Source: Amoebophrya sp. A120
Lineage: Eukaryota > Protista > Dinoflagellata
DNA length: 64,000 nt
Direction: 5' to 3'
NCBI GenBank assembly: GCA_905178155.1
Contig: CAJINV010000003.1
Span: 6,753,612-6,817,611 of the forward strand
Part shown: positions 62,721-64,000 of the stretch, piece by piece
Layout of the letters: each line of letters starts with the position of its first letter
Position numbering within the stretch: position 1 is the stretch's first letter
Translations under genes and position numbers: made by a program
The notes under the pieces: model-generated
Database searches by the model: none
The model's input: only the letters and a program-made list of their open reading frames with translations
What the model was told of the DNA's origin: nothing

Positions 62721-64000
62721 TCAACCACCTAGTTGAGAGGGGTCAAACGACTTGAAAATATTCTGCGCGCCTCGTGGTGTCATGTTAGGAAATTCGCGCT
62801 GGTGGTGCGGGGTCTCGACGAATAATTCGCGTAAGGGCCTCAGCCGGCGTCGCGGCTGAGACCCCTGCTCCCCGTGCTCATCGCGCGGTGTTGCTGGTGT
62901 GTGGTCAGTACTAACCGCTGGAGGAACAACGACGCCGCTTGGAACTGCGGCTGCTGAACCTGACGACCCATGTCGTGATGTGGCTGCTCGTGGCAGCAGC
63001 TCAACATGATCACCCGTGCCATCATCTGGTGGTCGATAGGTGGCCCTTGTCTCGTTCGGCGACGCAGTAGGTGTGGTCCCTTGATCTACTTCCTTAAGAG
63101 ACTCCGCAATCGCACGCCGGAGTGCTTCGTCCTCACTGATGCTACCGCTGCTGTTTCCGCCTTCATCTCCAGCCTGGGAATCACCGGCTTCAGAATCGGC
63201 GTCTGAGCCACCGCTTCCAAAACAAAATGAACCCCGACACGAGGCTGCTTCACTCACACCATCACCAGCGCTTGAGGTTGGTGAACAACAGAGCCGGACA
63301 TTCCGGTGCTGGAGAGGCATTTGTCGTGTCAACAGGGATAGAGTTTCCGCCGTCAAGGGGGCAGGGTGGCCTGTAACTTCCGTGCCGGGGTGTGCAACCG
63401 TACTGCTCGTCGGGGGCATGAATGCCGCCGGTCGTCCCCGTGCTGGCGGTGGTCGAGTGGGCGCATGCCCCCGGACACCGCGCGCACCGCCTGCTTTTCC
63501 AAGGCGCTCCGGCTGCGTGGCGTCCGAGTCGGACAGTGCTCCCCCGGAGTCATCTTCATGGGGACAAAAATCCACCCAACGCCGCTCATCTTTATTGCAC
63601 CCATTCGAGGTTTTTACTAGCCGCGGGTCGCTCGCAGCCGCAGGGTCCAGAACTACCGAGGAAGTAGAAGCTCTTTCAGCGAAGAAGCCAAAGAGGCCTT
63701 CGCGGCCAATGTCACCAACAGCCTTGTTGTTGACCCCTCCGCGAGATGGAATCGTCGTGCCAGAACCGGCAAGCATACCGCTGGCGCTCTCGGACGCAGG
63801 CGCATGCTCTAGAAAGAATGCCGCTCTTGCAGTCCCATGAGAGGTAGTCTCTTGCTTTACAATATCCGTAGTGGTCACCGTCACGGTAGACAGCTTTGTG
63901 CGGGCGGTATGGTCCGCCGCAGCTCCCGTCTCGCCTTTTTTGTGTGTTTGGTGTGAAACTGGAATCTCAGCTTGATGTTCGTTGGCAACGTCCTCTTCCC
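62721..64000 (-). CDS. Low-complexity hypothetical protein with a UIM-like motif (5' part outside window)
   Basis: ORF 62721..63884, apparently open toward the window edge. SEDEALRRAIAESLKE fits the ubiquitin-interacting motif consensus. Confidence 0.5.
   Translation of the reverse strand, partial: EEDVANEHQAEIPVSHQTHKKGETGAAADHTARTKLSTVTVTTTDIVKQETTSHGTARAAFFLEHAPASESASGMLAGSGTTIPSRGGVNNKAVGDIGREGLFGFFAERASTSSVVLDPAAASDPRLVKTSNGCNKDERRWVDFCPHEDDSGGALSDSDATQPERLGKAGGARGVRGHAPTRPPPARGRPAAFMPPTSSTVAHPGTEVTGHPAPLTAETLSLLTRQMPLQHRNVRLCCSPTSSAGDGVSEAASCRGSFCFGSGGSDADSEAGDSQAGDEGGNSSGSISEDEALRRAIAESLKEVDQGTTPTASPNETRATYRPPDDGTGDHVELLPRAATSRHGSSGSAAAVPSGVVVPPAVSTDHTPATPRDEHGEQGSQPRRRLRPLRELFVETPHHQREFPNMTPRGAQNIFKSFDPSQLGG

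Noticed and set aside
1-64000. Autonomous transposase or maturase for the elements
   Set aside because: No ORF with recognisable DDE, reverse transcriptase, tyrosine recombinase or HUH motifs; element interiors are short and non-coding.
1-64000. Dinoflagellate spliced-leader relics (CCGTAGCCATTTTGGCTCAAG) or stop-codon reassignment
   Set aside because: No convincing SL match was seen by eye; the long exons are stop-free under the standard code and the gene models end at standard stops.

Overview
Eukaryotic, intron-rich DNA. Every gene I can support (about 16) lies on the minus strand, forming one unidirectional block of at least 62 kb. Recognisable products are an RRM protein, a small PDZ protein, a JmjC/cupin protein with an EF-hand, an FkbM-type methyltransferase, an ATE1-like protein, a secreted M16A (insulysin/pitrilysin) peptidase, two ubiquitin-like-domain proteins, a DnaJ protein, an EMC10-like protein and a TRM13-like methyltransferase. 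The main signal is a set of 14 short elements (107-381 bp, one expanded to 1117 bp). They have TAT...ATA ends, terminal inverted repeats and 5-bp flanking direct repeats. Thirteen interrupt coding sequence; removing the element plus one repeat copy restores the reading frame in each case, and none can be read as GT-AG. They behave as transposon-derived non-canonical introns (introners) alongside ordinary GT-AG introns. Related copies sit in both orientations relative to the host gene, and three families share an internal GCAT(G/C/T)ACA motif. This architecture resembles that described for the parasitic syndinian dinoflagellate Amoebophrya; that assignment is an inference, not a database match. 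Two other TIR elements and a nested minisatellite-bearing insertion are also present. I found no transposase. All splice models are manual and lack transcript support.
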